Assembly (NCBI RefSeq): GCF_004010195.1
Contig: NC_057718.1
Coordinates: forward strand, 53,880,720 to 53,914,430
Reading direction: 5' to 3'
Source of the DNA: Chiloscyllium plagiosum
Taxonomy: Eukaryota
DNA: 33,711 bases
The notes below the pieces were generated by a model. The model worked only from the letters and a program-made list of their open reading frames with translations. It was not told the DNA's origin and did not search any database. This document shows, one piece after another, positions 22,181 through 33,379 of this stretch. Position numbers and translations under genes: made by a program. Each line of letters opens with the position of its first letter. Positions within the stretch are counted from its first letter, which is position 1.

Positions 22181-23234
22181 CTTACTATCTTGTAGTTGTA
22201 TTGCTTTGGCAGTACTTTTGACTGAAGGGTGCCCTGTTGATACTTCCTGCAGAAGTATCACCAAAGCAAATGTGCCTCAACCACTGTACCCTGATTATCC
22301 CATCTTTTAATTTCACAGCCAATTTTCCTTTAATATAACTGGCACCAATCGCAAGAGATTAGCAACTGCATTATGATATTAACCATGAACCTTTTAAGAG
22401 TCAAGTACATTAACATGTGCATTCTTTTAACGTACAGCTGGTTTCCATTACACTCCACAAGGGGGCGAATATATACTTAGCATTAGACCATCCCACTGGC
22501 ATAACACTATAGTTTGTTATTACTTAAACATTGCCCGCCAGATAAAGATCTAGCTCTCAAACATATCAAAGTCTGTATGAACCTACAAGACTTGGTTTCC
22601 TTCACAGATTTGCAGAACAATCTGTGGTATTTGTGGTTAGAAGGATGCAGTTCCTATTTCTCTTTCCTTGACTGGGTCTAAGGGCCTATTTGGTTTACAG
22701 CAGCAGCGCAGCAACCACTAGTGTGTCTTAACCAGCAGATGCTCTTGTCTAAACAAGATAGAATTAATTGCATGCTAACAATCAGGTACAAGTTGCACAA
22801 GTAACGTAAATATTATTACTATAGATATAGGCCTACACTCCATTAGATACAAAGATGTTCTGCCTTATCCCTGCCCATTCATTCACCCTCTGGTAGGTAC
22901 TCATGTGACTCGGTCAACATTGTCTATCTCATACGCTGCAGGCAATGATGCCTGGAGGCATAATACATTGGTGAGACCAAACAGACACTACGACAACTGA
23001 TGAATGGACACTGCGCAACAGTCGTCAGTAGGAATGTTCCCTCCCAGTCAGGGAACACTTCAGCAGTCAGGGACATTCAACTTCAGATCTTTGGGTGACC
23101 ATCCTCCAAGGCGGACTTCGAGATACACAACAATGCAGAGTGACCGAGCAGAGGCTGATAGCCAAGTTCGGAACCCACGTAGATGGCCTCAACCTGGACT
23201 TGGGGCTCACATCACACTACACGTGACCCCACTA

Positions 23235-23572
23235 CACTATACACTCTCTCTCTCTCACACACACACACACACTACATACTCACATGATCATATAGACCCT
23301 GTCACATACACATGTTCTCTCTCAGACACACACACATACACACCCCCACACTCACACCCACGCGAAACTTCTTCCACGCGCACACCCTCTCATGGGCTTA
23401 TACTCCATCGGACTCATGCACATACTCTACCAAGCACACACATACACTCACACTTGCACTCTCTCTCACAAACACACACGCGCAGACACACACACACGCA
23501 CACACTTTCTGTCTCTCTGTCTCTCTCTCTCTCCATCCCCCACGCCCCCTCATGTGCACGCACACACACATA
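23235..23572. repeat. Compound (CA)n/(CT)n microsatellite-rich tract inside Penelope A
   Basis: Interspersed CACACA and CTCTCT runs. Confidence 0.9.
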
Positions 23573-23730
23573 TAAGAATGAATTTGCATTTGCCGAATTG
23601 TAGTTATAGAGATGTACAACATGGAAACAGACCCTTCGGTCCAACCCATCCATGCCGACCAGTTATCATAATCTAATCTAGTCCCACCTGCCAGCACCCG
23701 GCCCATATCCCTCCAAATCTTTCCTATTCA

Positions 23731-24177
23731 TTGCTGTGGTTCTGTTCGCCGAGCTGGAAGTTTTTGTTGCAAACGTTTCGTCCCCTGTCTAGGTGACATC
23801 CTCAGTGCTTGGGAGCCTCCTGTGAAGGGCTTCTGTGGTGTTTCCTCCGGCATTTATAGTGGCCTGTCCCTGCCGCTTCCGGTTGTCAGTTTCAGCTGTC
23901 CGCTGTAGTGGCCGGTATATTGGGTCCAGGTCGATGTGTTTGTTGATGGAGTTTGTGGATGAGTGCCAAGCTTCTAGGAATTCCCTGGCTGTTCTTTGTT
24001 TCGCTTACCCTATAATGGTAGTGTTGTCCCAGTCAAATTCATGTTGCTTGTCGTCTGCGTGTGTGGCTATTAGGGATAGCTGGTCGTGTCGTTTCGTGGC
24101 TAGTTGATGTTCATGGATGCGGATCGTTAGCTGTCTTCCTGTTTGTCCTATATAGTGTTTTGTGCAGTCCATGCAAG
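23731..24177 (-). mobile_element. Penelope-like element B (GIY-YIG C-half + terminal repeat), CpG-rich and young
   Basis: CMDCTKHYIGQTGRQLTIRIHEHQLA...FDWDNTTIIG*AKQRTAREFLEAW; TATAAA box followed by a hammerhead motif. Confidence 0.9.
23769..23808 (-). ncRNA. Minimal hammerhead ribozyme in Penelope B
   Basis: GCA-CUGAGGA-U-GUCACC(UAGACA)GGGGAC-GAAAC-GUU^UGC: CUGANGA and GAAA core, stem I GCA/UGC, palindromic stem III ACGU. Confidence 0.75.
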
Positions 24178-25125
24178 GACCCTTCGGCCAGGGAAAACAG
24201 CCCTAGCCTGTTCAGCCTCTCCCTATAGCTCAAATCCTCCAACCCTGGCAACATCCTTGTAAATCTTTTCTGAACCATTTCAAGTTTCACAACATCTTTC
24301 TGATAGGAAGGAGACCAGAATTGCTTGCAATATTCCAACAGTGGCCTAACCAATGTCCTGTACAGCCGCAACATGACTGCCCAACTCCTGTACTCAATAC
24401 TCTGACCAATAAACGAAAGCATACCAAATGCCTTCTTCACTATACTATCCACCTGCAACTCCACTTTCAAGGAGCTATGAACTTGCAGTCCAAGGTCTCT
24501 TTGTTCAGCAACACTCCCGAGGACCTTACTATTAAGTGTATAAGTCCTGCTAAGATTTGCTTTCCCAAAATGCAACACCTCACATTTATCTAAATTAAAC
24601 GCCATCTGCCACTTCTCAGCCCAATGGCCCATCTTATCAAGATCCCATTGAAATCTGAGGTAACCTTCTTCGCTGTCCACTACACTTCCAACTTTGGTGT
24701 CATCTGCAAACTTACCAACTTTTATGCTCGCATCCAAATCATTTATATAATTGTAGATACATTCTATTTTGTTTAAAAAGCCTGCAATCTGTAGGCAGTC
24801 AATTCATGTGACATTCTGTAAATTCCTACTTTGTAAGTAGAACCAGTCTGACTCAAGGTTGGAATACAGGCAGACGCTAACCTTACACCTTTAATGCATT
24901 GTCTGAGCTGAGATGTCACCTTTTTTAATAAAATCTTAAGTTATCTTGGCAATGTGACTTGAAAGAAGTTCTGTGATTTACATATTAATTAATCAAAACT
25001 TGAAACCCATTCTAAAAGATGAAGGACTTTACAGTAGTCTATGTTTGTTTAGTATATTATATCAGTTGCATGATGCTATGATCTTGTGCTATAAATTCTG
25101 TGTCCTATGATCCTGCCCCACTAGC

Positions 25126-25160
25126 TACCTGATGAAGGAGCAGTGCTCCGAAAGCTAGTG
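25126..25160 (+). ncRNA. Minimal hammerhead ribozyme in Penelope A pLTR
   Basis: UAC-CUGAUGA-A-GGAGC(AGU)GCUCC-GAAAG-CUA^GUG: intact core, 5-bp stem II, palindromic stem III AGCU. Confidence 0.8.
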
Positions 25161-25250
25161 CTTCCAAATAAACCTATTGGATTATAACCTGGTGTTGTGT
25201 GATTTTTAACTTTGTCCACTCCAATCCAACACCAGCACCACCACCTCAGA

Positions 25251-25340
25251 ATCCACGCAGACAGTCGCTTGAAGGTGGAATCAAACCTGGTCCCTGGTGC
25301 TGTGATCAGCAGTGCTAACCACTGACCCAACATGCCACCC
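25251..25340 (-). mobile_element. HE1-type SINE 5' head fragment
   Basis: Reverse complement GGGTGGCATGTTGGGTCAGTGGTTAGCACTGCTG...CCAGGTTTGATTCC. Confidence 0.82.
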
Positions 25341-26266
25341 AATGATAAAGATGTCACCAATGGTATAAATGCCACAAAGTCCCAGAAGTGGCAAGTCCTT
25401 CTACATCTCTTGCTGTATTACCCCAGGAGAGGGGCATTGACTAACCCAGTTGCTCTCTGGCTGCACATCTCCCACGATAGACATGTCTTATCGTGTTCAT
25501 GTGATAGCTGCAATGCTTATTGTGAGTTGTAAGTATCCTGTTGTTTTAAATTCTAGCCATTAATTTGGAGTTCCTCCCCTTGCCCCACGAAGATTGCTTC
25601 TTAGATGAATCCCTAACCAGGAATTCTAGGACAAGTCTTTGTGTCTTTATGAAGTCTGTAACTGCCAGGTATGACTTGTCTTTCTAGCCCACATTGCTAC
25701 CTCTGCATTTTTAGCTCAGTCTGAAATTAAGACATTAAGCCTGGTATGCTGTTTCTCCTTTGTTAATCTTTTTCATCAGTTCTTGCTGACTGCTTGTTTG
25801 TTCAAGCACTTGCAGCAACTGACTATCTACATGTGCAGTTTTTAAAGCTGTACTTTCACTTGGTCTTCCGGAAATGTCTTTTCCAGTATCTTATTACCAT
25901 TTTACCTTGTGCAATTAAGTAACAATGTCCCATGCTGATTATTATGTGGTATTTGGGTGGAAGGGTTCTGCAATCATTTCTCTTTCCTTTTTGTTAACTT
26001 AATCACTTTTTTTCAGCGGCGGTTGGAGTGGGAGGAGGGACAGCGAGGACCGGAGGCCCGACAGGAAGGTATATTGGTGAAGCCCACACTGAGCAGGTGC
26101 GGACATGGGACCGCTGGGTAAGTGAAGCTTTATATTTGGGTATTGCATTTCCTGAAACACTCATAATGTCCTCCTCCTCTAACCAAAAAATAGGTTCGGT
26201 GTGTCAATTGGTAAGGTAACTAGATTTTCTTTAGTGTTTTAGTCGGCTCATTGGGAATTTAGAATA

Positions 26267-27190
26267 GTGGGAATGGAGGTTAGGGCAGTTGAATGTTCCT
26301 CCTCCAGGATGTGGGTGGTAAGGGTCACTAGTTGTGTCCCTGCTGACCACACCTGTGGGAAATGCACCCAACTCCAACTCCTTGAAAATCGGATTAGGGA
26401 ACTGGAGTTACAGCTGGATGAATTTCGGATCATTCAGGAGGCAGATGGGAGCTACAGGGAGGTAGACACACCTCAGGTAAAAGAAGAAGGTAGATGGGTT
26501 TCCATCAGAGGACAGAAAGGGAACCGGCAGGCAGTGCAGGGATCCCCTGTGGCCATTCCCCTCAACAACAAGTATACTGTTTTGGATACTGTTGGGGGAA
26601 ATGACTTACCGGGGTAAGCAATGGTGCACAGGTCTCTGGCACAAAGTCTGTCCCAGCTGCTCAGAACAGAAGGGGGAAGAGGAGCAGAGCATTAGTTATT
26701 AGGGTCTCCATAGTTAGGGGGACAGAAAGAAGGTTCTGTGGGAATGAGAGAGACTCATAGTTGGTGTGTTGCCTCCCAGGTGTCAGGGTTTGTGATGTCT
26801 CTGTTCGTGTTTTCGGATCCTTGGTGACGAGGGTGAGCAGCCCCAAGTCGTGGTCCACACTGGCACCAATGATATAAATAGGAAGAGAGATGGGGATTTA
26901 AAGCAAAGATTCAGGGAGCTAGGGTTGAAGCTTAGAGCTAGGACAAATACAGTTGTTATCTCTGGTTTGTTGACTATGCCATGTCCTCGCGAGGTGAGGA
27001 ATAGGGAGAGAGAGAAGTTGAACTCGTGGTTACAGGATGGTGCAGGAAGGAGGGTTTTAGATTCCTGGATAATTCGGGCTCTTTCTCGGATAGGTGGGAC
27101 CTCTACAAACAGGATGGTCTTCATCTGAACGAGAGGGGTACCAATATCCAGGAGATATTGCTAATACACTTCGGGTGGGGTTAAACTAAT
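26267..27190 (+). pseudogene. CR1 ORF1 pseudogene (zinc finger + coiled coil + SGNH esterase)
   Basis: CSSSRMW...CGKC, LENRIRELELQLDE, ALVIRVSIVRG (decayed GDS), VVVHTGTNDI, DGLHLN; stops and frameshifts. Confidence 0.88.
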
Positions 27191-27289
27191 TCAGCAGGGG
27201 CATGGGAACTGAAATTGGAGTTCAGGAGGTTGAGAGTAGTGAGGTCAGAACTAAGATTTCAAGATCGCAAGAAGGCACTGGCAGGCAAA

Positions 27290-30045
27290 ATGTTGGTTTG
27301 AAGTGTATGTACTTCAATCCCAGGAACATCTGGAATAAGGTGGGTTAACTTGCAGCATGGGTTGGTACCTGGGATTTCGATCTTGTGGCCATTTCAGAGC
27401 CATCTGTAGAGAAGGGACAGGAATGGTTATTACAGGTTATTGCAGATGTTTGAATAAGAACAGAGAAAATGGTAAAAGAGGGAATAGTGTGGTACTGTTA
27501 GTCAAGGATAGTATTACGGTGGCAGAAAAGACATTTGAGGACTCCTCTGCTGAGGTAGTATGGGTTGAGATTAGTAACAGAAAAGGAGTGGTTACCTGTT
27601 GGGAATTTTCTATAGACCTCCGAATAGCTCCAGAGATGTAGAGGATAGGATAGCAAAGATAATCGTCGATGGGAGCAAGAGTGACAGGATAGTTATTATG
27701 GGGGACTTTAACTTTCCAAATATTGACAGGGAATACTATAGTTCAAGTAGTTCAGATGGGTCAGTTTTTGTCCAATGCTTGCAGAAGGGTTTCCTGACAC
27801 AGTATGTAGACAGGCCAACAAGGGGCAAGGCCACATCAGATTTGGTACTGGGTAATGAACCCGGCCAGCTGTTAGATTTGGAGGTGGGTGAGCACTTTGG
27901 TGATAATGATCACAATTTGGTTATGTTTACTTTGGTGATGGAAAGGGATAGGTATATACTGCAGGGGAAGAGTTATAGCTGGAGGAAAGGCAATTATGAT
28001 GTGATTAGGCAAGATTTAGGATGCATAGGATGGGGAAGGAAATTGCAGGGGATGAGCACAATACAAATGTGGAGCTTATTCAAGGACCAGCCAGTGCGGG
28101 TCCTTGGTAAGTATATACCGGTCAGGCGGGAAGGAAGTGGTCGAGCGTGGGAACCGTGGTTCACTAAGGAAGTTGAATCACTTGTCAAGAGGAAGAAGAA
28201 GACTTATGTTAGGATATGATGTGATGGCTCAGTTAGGGAGTTTGAGAGTGACAAGTTAGTCAGGAAAGACCTAAAGAGAGAGCTAAGAAGAGCTAGAAGG
28301 GAACATGAGAAGTCATTGGCGGATAGGATCAAGGAAACCCCTAAGGCTTTCTATAGCTATATCAGGAATAAAAGAATGACTAGAGTAAGATTAGACCAAT
28401 TAAGCATAGTAATGGGAGGTTGTGCATGGAGTCAGAGGAGATGGGGAAGCGCTAAATGAATACTTTTTTCAGTATTCACACTAGAAAAAGACAATGTGGT
28501 TGAGGAGAATACTGAGATACAGGCTACTAGACTAGATGGGATGGAGGTACATAAGGAGGAGATGTTAGCAATTCTGGAAAGTGTAAAAATAGATAAGTCC
28601 CCTGACCGGATGGGATTTATCCTAGGATTCTCTGGGAAGCTAAGGAGGAGATTGCCGAGCCTTTGGCCTTGATCTTTATGTCGTCATTGCCTACAGGAAT
28701 AGTGCCAGAAGACTGGAGGATAGCAAACGTTGTTCCTTTATTCAAGAAGGGGAGCAGAGACAACCCTGGAAATTATAGACCTATGACCCTTACTTCGGTT
28801 GTGGGTAAAGTGTTGGAAAGGGTTATAAGAGATAGTATTTATAATCACCTAGAAAGGAATACGTTCATTAGGGATAGTCAACACTATTTCGTGAAGGGTA
28901 GGTCATGTCTCACAAACCTTATTGAGTTCTTTGAGAAGGTGACCAAACAGGTGGATGAAGATAAAGCAGTTGATGTGGTGTATATGGATTGTAGTAAGGT
29001 GTTTGATAAGGTTCCCCACGGTAGGCTATTGCACAAAATGCAGAGACATGGGATTGAGGGTGATTTAGCGGTTTGGATCAGAAATTGGCTAGCTAAAAGA
29101 AGACAGAGGGTAGTGGTTGATGGGAAATGTTCATTCTGGAGTTCAATTACTAGTGGGGTTCTGTAAGAATCTGTTTTGTATCCACTGTTGTTTGTCATTT
29201 ATATAAATGACCCGGACAAAGGTACAGAAGGGTGGGTTAGTAAATTTGCGGTTAACACTAAGGTTGGTTGAGTTGTGGATAGTGACAAAGGATGTTGTAG
29301 GTTACAGAATAAGCTGCAGAGCTGGGCTTCGAGGTGGCAAATGGAGTTTAATGCAGAAAAGTGTGAGTTGATTCACTTTGGAAGGAGTAACAGCAATCCA
29401 GAGTACTGGACTAATGGTAAGATTCTTGGTTGTGTAGATGAGCAGAGAGATCTCGGTGTCCAGGTACATAGATCCTTGAAAGTTACTACCCAGGTTGATA
29501 GGATTGTTAAGAAGGCACACAGTGTGTTAGCTTTTATTGGGAGAAAGATTGAATTTTGGAACCATGAGATCATGCTGCAGCTGTCCAAAAGACTGGTGTG
29601 ACTACATTTGGAGTATTGTGTGCAGTTCTGGTCACCACATTATAGGAACAATGTGGAAGCTTTGGAAAGGGTTCAGAGGAGATTTACTGGGGTGTTGCCT
29701 GGTATGGAGGGAAGGTCTTACGAGGAAAGGCTGAGGGACTTGAAGCTGTTTTCGTTAGTGAGAAGACAGTTGAGAGGTGACTTAATTGAGACATATAAGA
29801 TAATCAGATGGTTAGATAGGGTGGACAGTGAGAGCCTTTTTCCTCAGATGGCGATGGCTAGCACAAAGGGATATAGATTTAAATTGAGGGGTGATAGATA
29901 TAGGACAGATGTCAGAGGTAGTTTCTTTACTCAGAGAGTGGTAGGGGTGTGGAACACACTGGCTGCAATAGTAGTAGACTTGCCAACTTTAAGGACATTT
30001 AAATGGTCATTGGATAGACATATAGATGCAAATGGAATAGTTTAG
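27290..30045 (+). pseudogene. CR1 ORF2 pseudogene (APE endonuclease + reverse transcriptase)
   Basis: LKCMYFN, YRPPN, MGDFNFP, DLVLGN, NDH, PGNYRP, VDVVYMD..KVFDKVPH; catalytic FADD reads FAVN (~29245-29256); many stops and frameshifts. Confidence 0.93.
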
Positions 30046-30127
30046 GTTAGATGGGCTTCAGATTGGTTCCACAGGTCAGCGCAACATAGGAGGCCAAAGG
30101 GCTTGTCCTGCACTGTGATGTTCTATG

Positions 30128-30455
30128 TTAATCACAGGATTTGGCCATTGCTGACTAAGCCAGCATTTATTGCTCAACTATAATTGTCCAGTTAGGGTAG
30201 TTAGGAGTCAATGGTGTTGCTGTGGTCTGGAGTCACATGTAGACAAGACCAGGTCAGGATGGCAGTTTTCTTCCCTTAAAGAGCATGAGTGAACTAGTTC
30301 GGTTATTTTGACAATCAGTAACAGTTTCATAGTCAGAATTAGACTCTTAATTCCAAATTTATACTTTATTGAATTCAAATTCCAACATCTGACATAGCAG
30401 TGTGTAATCCCTGATCTACAGGATAGTAGTCTGGGTCTTATGATTGATTAATAGC
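30128..30455 (-). mobile_element. Non-HE1 shark SINE whose tail was the CR1 insertion target
   Basis: Reverse-complement homolog of 17643-17930; the T-rich remainder of its tail lies at ~25975-26006. Confidence 0.75.
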
Positions 30456-30959
30456 CAAAAGGTAAGAATCCTAAACTATCATTTCCCCTTGAGAATGTCT
30501 ATAGACTTACTTGATCTATCTTGCCAGAAGAACAACTGTTTGTGAGTCTTAGTAAGAAGAGGCATGTGCCTTAATTAAATGTAGTTAGGTACAAGTTATA
30601 TAAATTCAGGAGACATTGTTACTAAGACTATGACGGGGCTCCTCTGATTCAGCAGTGCTTGTAAATATTTTGAGTAATTAGAATAATGGGATTTAGTAGT
30701 CAAAAAGATTTTCAGAGGTGTGTGAAATTTCTTGTGAATAGTAAAAAAGACTGATGAGACCAATGGATATTGGTCTTCAATCCACAAGATCCCATAATGT
30801 TCTGCATTATCCTCATCCAATTATGTCAATCCAACCATGACACTATTTACTGCCTTACTTATGATATCATCAAACTGGATGGGTCTAAATGCAGTGTCAA
30901 ATATTCATCTTATCACAACCATTACCTTATACAACACAATCTACCAACACCTATACATA

Positions 30960-31280
30960 ATGAAAATAATGCAGATCCATTGACAACAATTTTTTTTGGA
31001 TGACCATTTAACTAAACTTTCAATGCATAAAGGTAGATTATTTCAGAATTCCTGTCAGTAAATCACTTATGAGGTAACTTGTTAAAGGTTTTCACAAAGT
31101 TTGGACAGACAATATCTACTGAGTTCCCTCATACCTCAGTCTGGTAACTTCTTTAAAATGTAATCAAATTTGCAAACTATTATTTCTTTTCAAATCACAG
31201 AGGACTTCTTTAACGATTGTTTAAAGGATCTTATATTTTACTGAAGTCAAGGTATGTACCTTAAAGTTCCTGGTTCTGCT
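30960..31280 (-). mobile_element. Highly decayed CR1 RT fragment
   Basis: Reverse complement resembles L..F.KEVT....NSVDIV..F.K.F.K.PH. Confidence 0.5.
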
Positions 31281-31576
31281 TATTCTAAATATATATCTTG
31301 CCAATGAACTAAATACAATGGTTATTGTAATTTATATCCAATTTTGGATGTTTTAAAGTTATCATGTTGATCTATCTGTGAAACTATTCATTTCCTCCAT
31401 TATGTATGCCATATGAGCAGTCTGTACCACTACATATTATGGTGTCTGAGCTCTGTTCATTGCTCACTATAAGCTAGATTTGCTGCCACTATCCTCTTTC
31501 AGGGTAATGATCTACAGGGCCTCCTTGAGTTATCATGGTAGAGGCGAATCACTTGGTGTCTAACAAGAGTAATTTC

Positions 31577-31916
31577 TTAGAATCCCTACAGTGTGGAAAC
31601 AAGTCCTTTGGCCAACACGTCCACACCAACTCTCCGAAGAATAACTCACCCAGACTCATTTCCCCAACTCTATTATCCTATATTTACCCCTGACTAATGC
31701 ACCTAATCTACACATCCCTGAACACTATAGGCAATTTAGCATGGCCAATTCACCTAAACTGCACGTCTTTGAATTGTGGGAGGAAACTGGAGCACCGGAA
31801 GAAAACCCATGCAGAGACGGGGAGAATATGCAAACTCCACACAGACAGTTGTCCAAGGCAGGAATCGAACCCGGTTCCCTTGCACAGTGAGACAGCAGTG
31901 CTCACCACTGAGCTAC
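31577..31916 (-). mobile_element. HE1-type V-SINE
   Basis: B-box GGTTCGATTCC, V-domain and CR1-like tail on the minus strand. Confidence 0.92.
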
Positions 31917-32937
31917 TCTAATTCAACTTTCCCACTCTTAGTTCATAAGTCTGGAGTTTATGGCCGAGCAGTTGTACTTCCAAGGATTTTCTAAATACAA
32001 TGAGGGTTTCTGTCTCTGCTACAGACAGGTAGTTCCAGATTCTCACACCCAGCCACCCCCCTCAACGTACTTTGGGCTCAACCATATCCTTATACCTCAG
32101 ACAATGCTTCACCTCCATCCATTTCCACGTGACAGCAGTTACTGTTGAAGTGTTGGCTTTTTGAACAAGTTTTCCACTTTATCCAATTTGCTTTTGGAAT
32201 GTTGTGATTAAACCTGCTCGAATAACCCTTTCAGGTAGTGCTGCATTCCAGATTTTTCTCTTGGTTGATCTCATAATCACATTCTGCAAAGACAGGTGCA
32301 TAAAAATACTTTGAATGATATGCTTGATTTAACACTTTCTTTGAGCTAGAAAACTGGCTGCTGTGATTGTTAGCTGAGAGAAATAAACTACTATTGCTAT
32401 AATTGGCTTAATCGGGTTCTGCTCTGTGAAGTTGTTAGATACAAAATGGAAGTTTGACAATAAACTAGTGATTGTTAGCTGGTGATCACAATCTCACTGA
32501 AAATTTCCAAAAGGTTACTGTGCATTAAGTTCTGTTCTATTTCAATTCCATGATATGCCCCTTTGCCTCACAAACAATTACTTTACACAGAAAATATTAA
32601 CAGTATAAATTCATTGCAACTATTAAAAATTAACCAGTTTTAACCTTGTGAAAATCTAATTTTTTGATCTTTCTAATTCAAGCTTGATTTCTATTTGGCT
32701 TCCTGTTTGATTATTTCTAGATTGAAACTAATATCAATACTTTGACATTATAGTGCCAGACTTCCCAAAGTGCAGGATCAGTTCATAATATCACTCTCAG
32801 CTTCTTCATTCAATCAGGTTCATCAACCTAACCTTTGTGATTATCTGCAGTCGCTCTCATGGATGTCTACTCAGGGTTGCGAGTTTCTACCATGGGTCAT
32901 CATGTGACTGAACAGGCCGATTAACAATCTCCAAACC

Positions 32938-33231
32938 GCACGGTGGGCGGCACGGTGGCACAGTGGTTAGCGCCAGAGACCTGGGTTCAATTCCTGCCTC
33001 AGGCGACTGACTGTGTGGAGTTTGCACATTCTCCCCGTGTCTGCGTGGGTTTCCTCCCACAGTCCAAAAATGTGCAGGTTAGGTGAATTGGCCGAGCTAA
33101 ATTGCCCGTAGTGTTAGGTGTAAGGGGTAAATGTAGGAGAATGGGGTCTGGGTGGGTTGTGCTTTGGCGGGTCAGTGTGGACTTGTTGGGCCGAAGGGCC
33201 TGTTTCCACACTGTAAGTAATCTAATCTAAT
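32938..33231 (+). mobile_element. HE1-type V-SINE with (TAATC)n tail
   Basis: GGCGGCACGGTGGCACAGTGGTTAGC head, GGTTCAATTCC B-box, V-domain; candidate TSD CAAACC at 32932-32937 and 33232-33237. Confidence 0.94.
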
Positions 33232-33354
33232 CAAACCAGTGAACACATGGAGGAGAATGTTCCACAAAGTAGTGAGATCTAGAGAGCAGGCTTTGCACCC
33301 TTTTCTTTCCCTTTCTGCTGGAAGGTAAGGAAATTGTACCGAGACTGGAAATGT

Positions 33355-33379
33355 GGCAGCATGGTGGCTCAGTGGTTAG
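33355..33379 (+). mobile_element. HE1 SINE head (A-box only)
   Basis: GGCAGCATGGTGGCTCAGTGGTTAG directly joined to CR1. Confidence 0.7.

Larger units (their letters stand above)
23604..24750 (-). mobile_element. 5'-truncated CR1 LINE interrupted by Penelope B
   Basis: KFADDTKVG...LVRPLLEYCKQFWSP...LNRLGLFSL (24186-24737); 3' UTR at 23604-23730; candidate TSD AATTGTAG at 23596-23603 and 24749-24756. Confidence 0.93.
22891..25250 (+). mobile_element. Penelope-like element A (5'-truncated GIY-YIG end + CA-rich 3' region + pLTR), split by nested insertions at 23604-24750
   Basis: YSCDSVNIVYLIRCRQ*CLEA*YIGETKQTLRQLMNGH and KFGTHVDGLN; resumes after 24750 and ends with a hammerhead-bearing pLTR. 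Confidence 0.88.
26007..30127 (+). mobile_element. Full-length CR1 LINE (5' UTR, ORF1, ORF2, 3' UTR), inactivated
   Basis: All modules in order; TSD TTAATCAC at 25999-26006 and 30128-30135; GTTCTATG tail. Confidence 0.95.

Noticed and set aside
23004..23706. His/Thr- and Cys/Val-rich ORFs
   Set aside because: Translation artefacts of (CA)n/(CT)n tracts.
24111..24737. 208-aa RT ORF with intact FADD as a functional gene
   Set aside because: 5'-truncated CR1 lacking the N-terminal RT motifs, with a C-terminus read from Penelope B out of frame.
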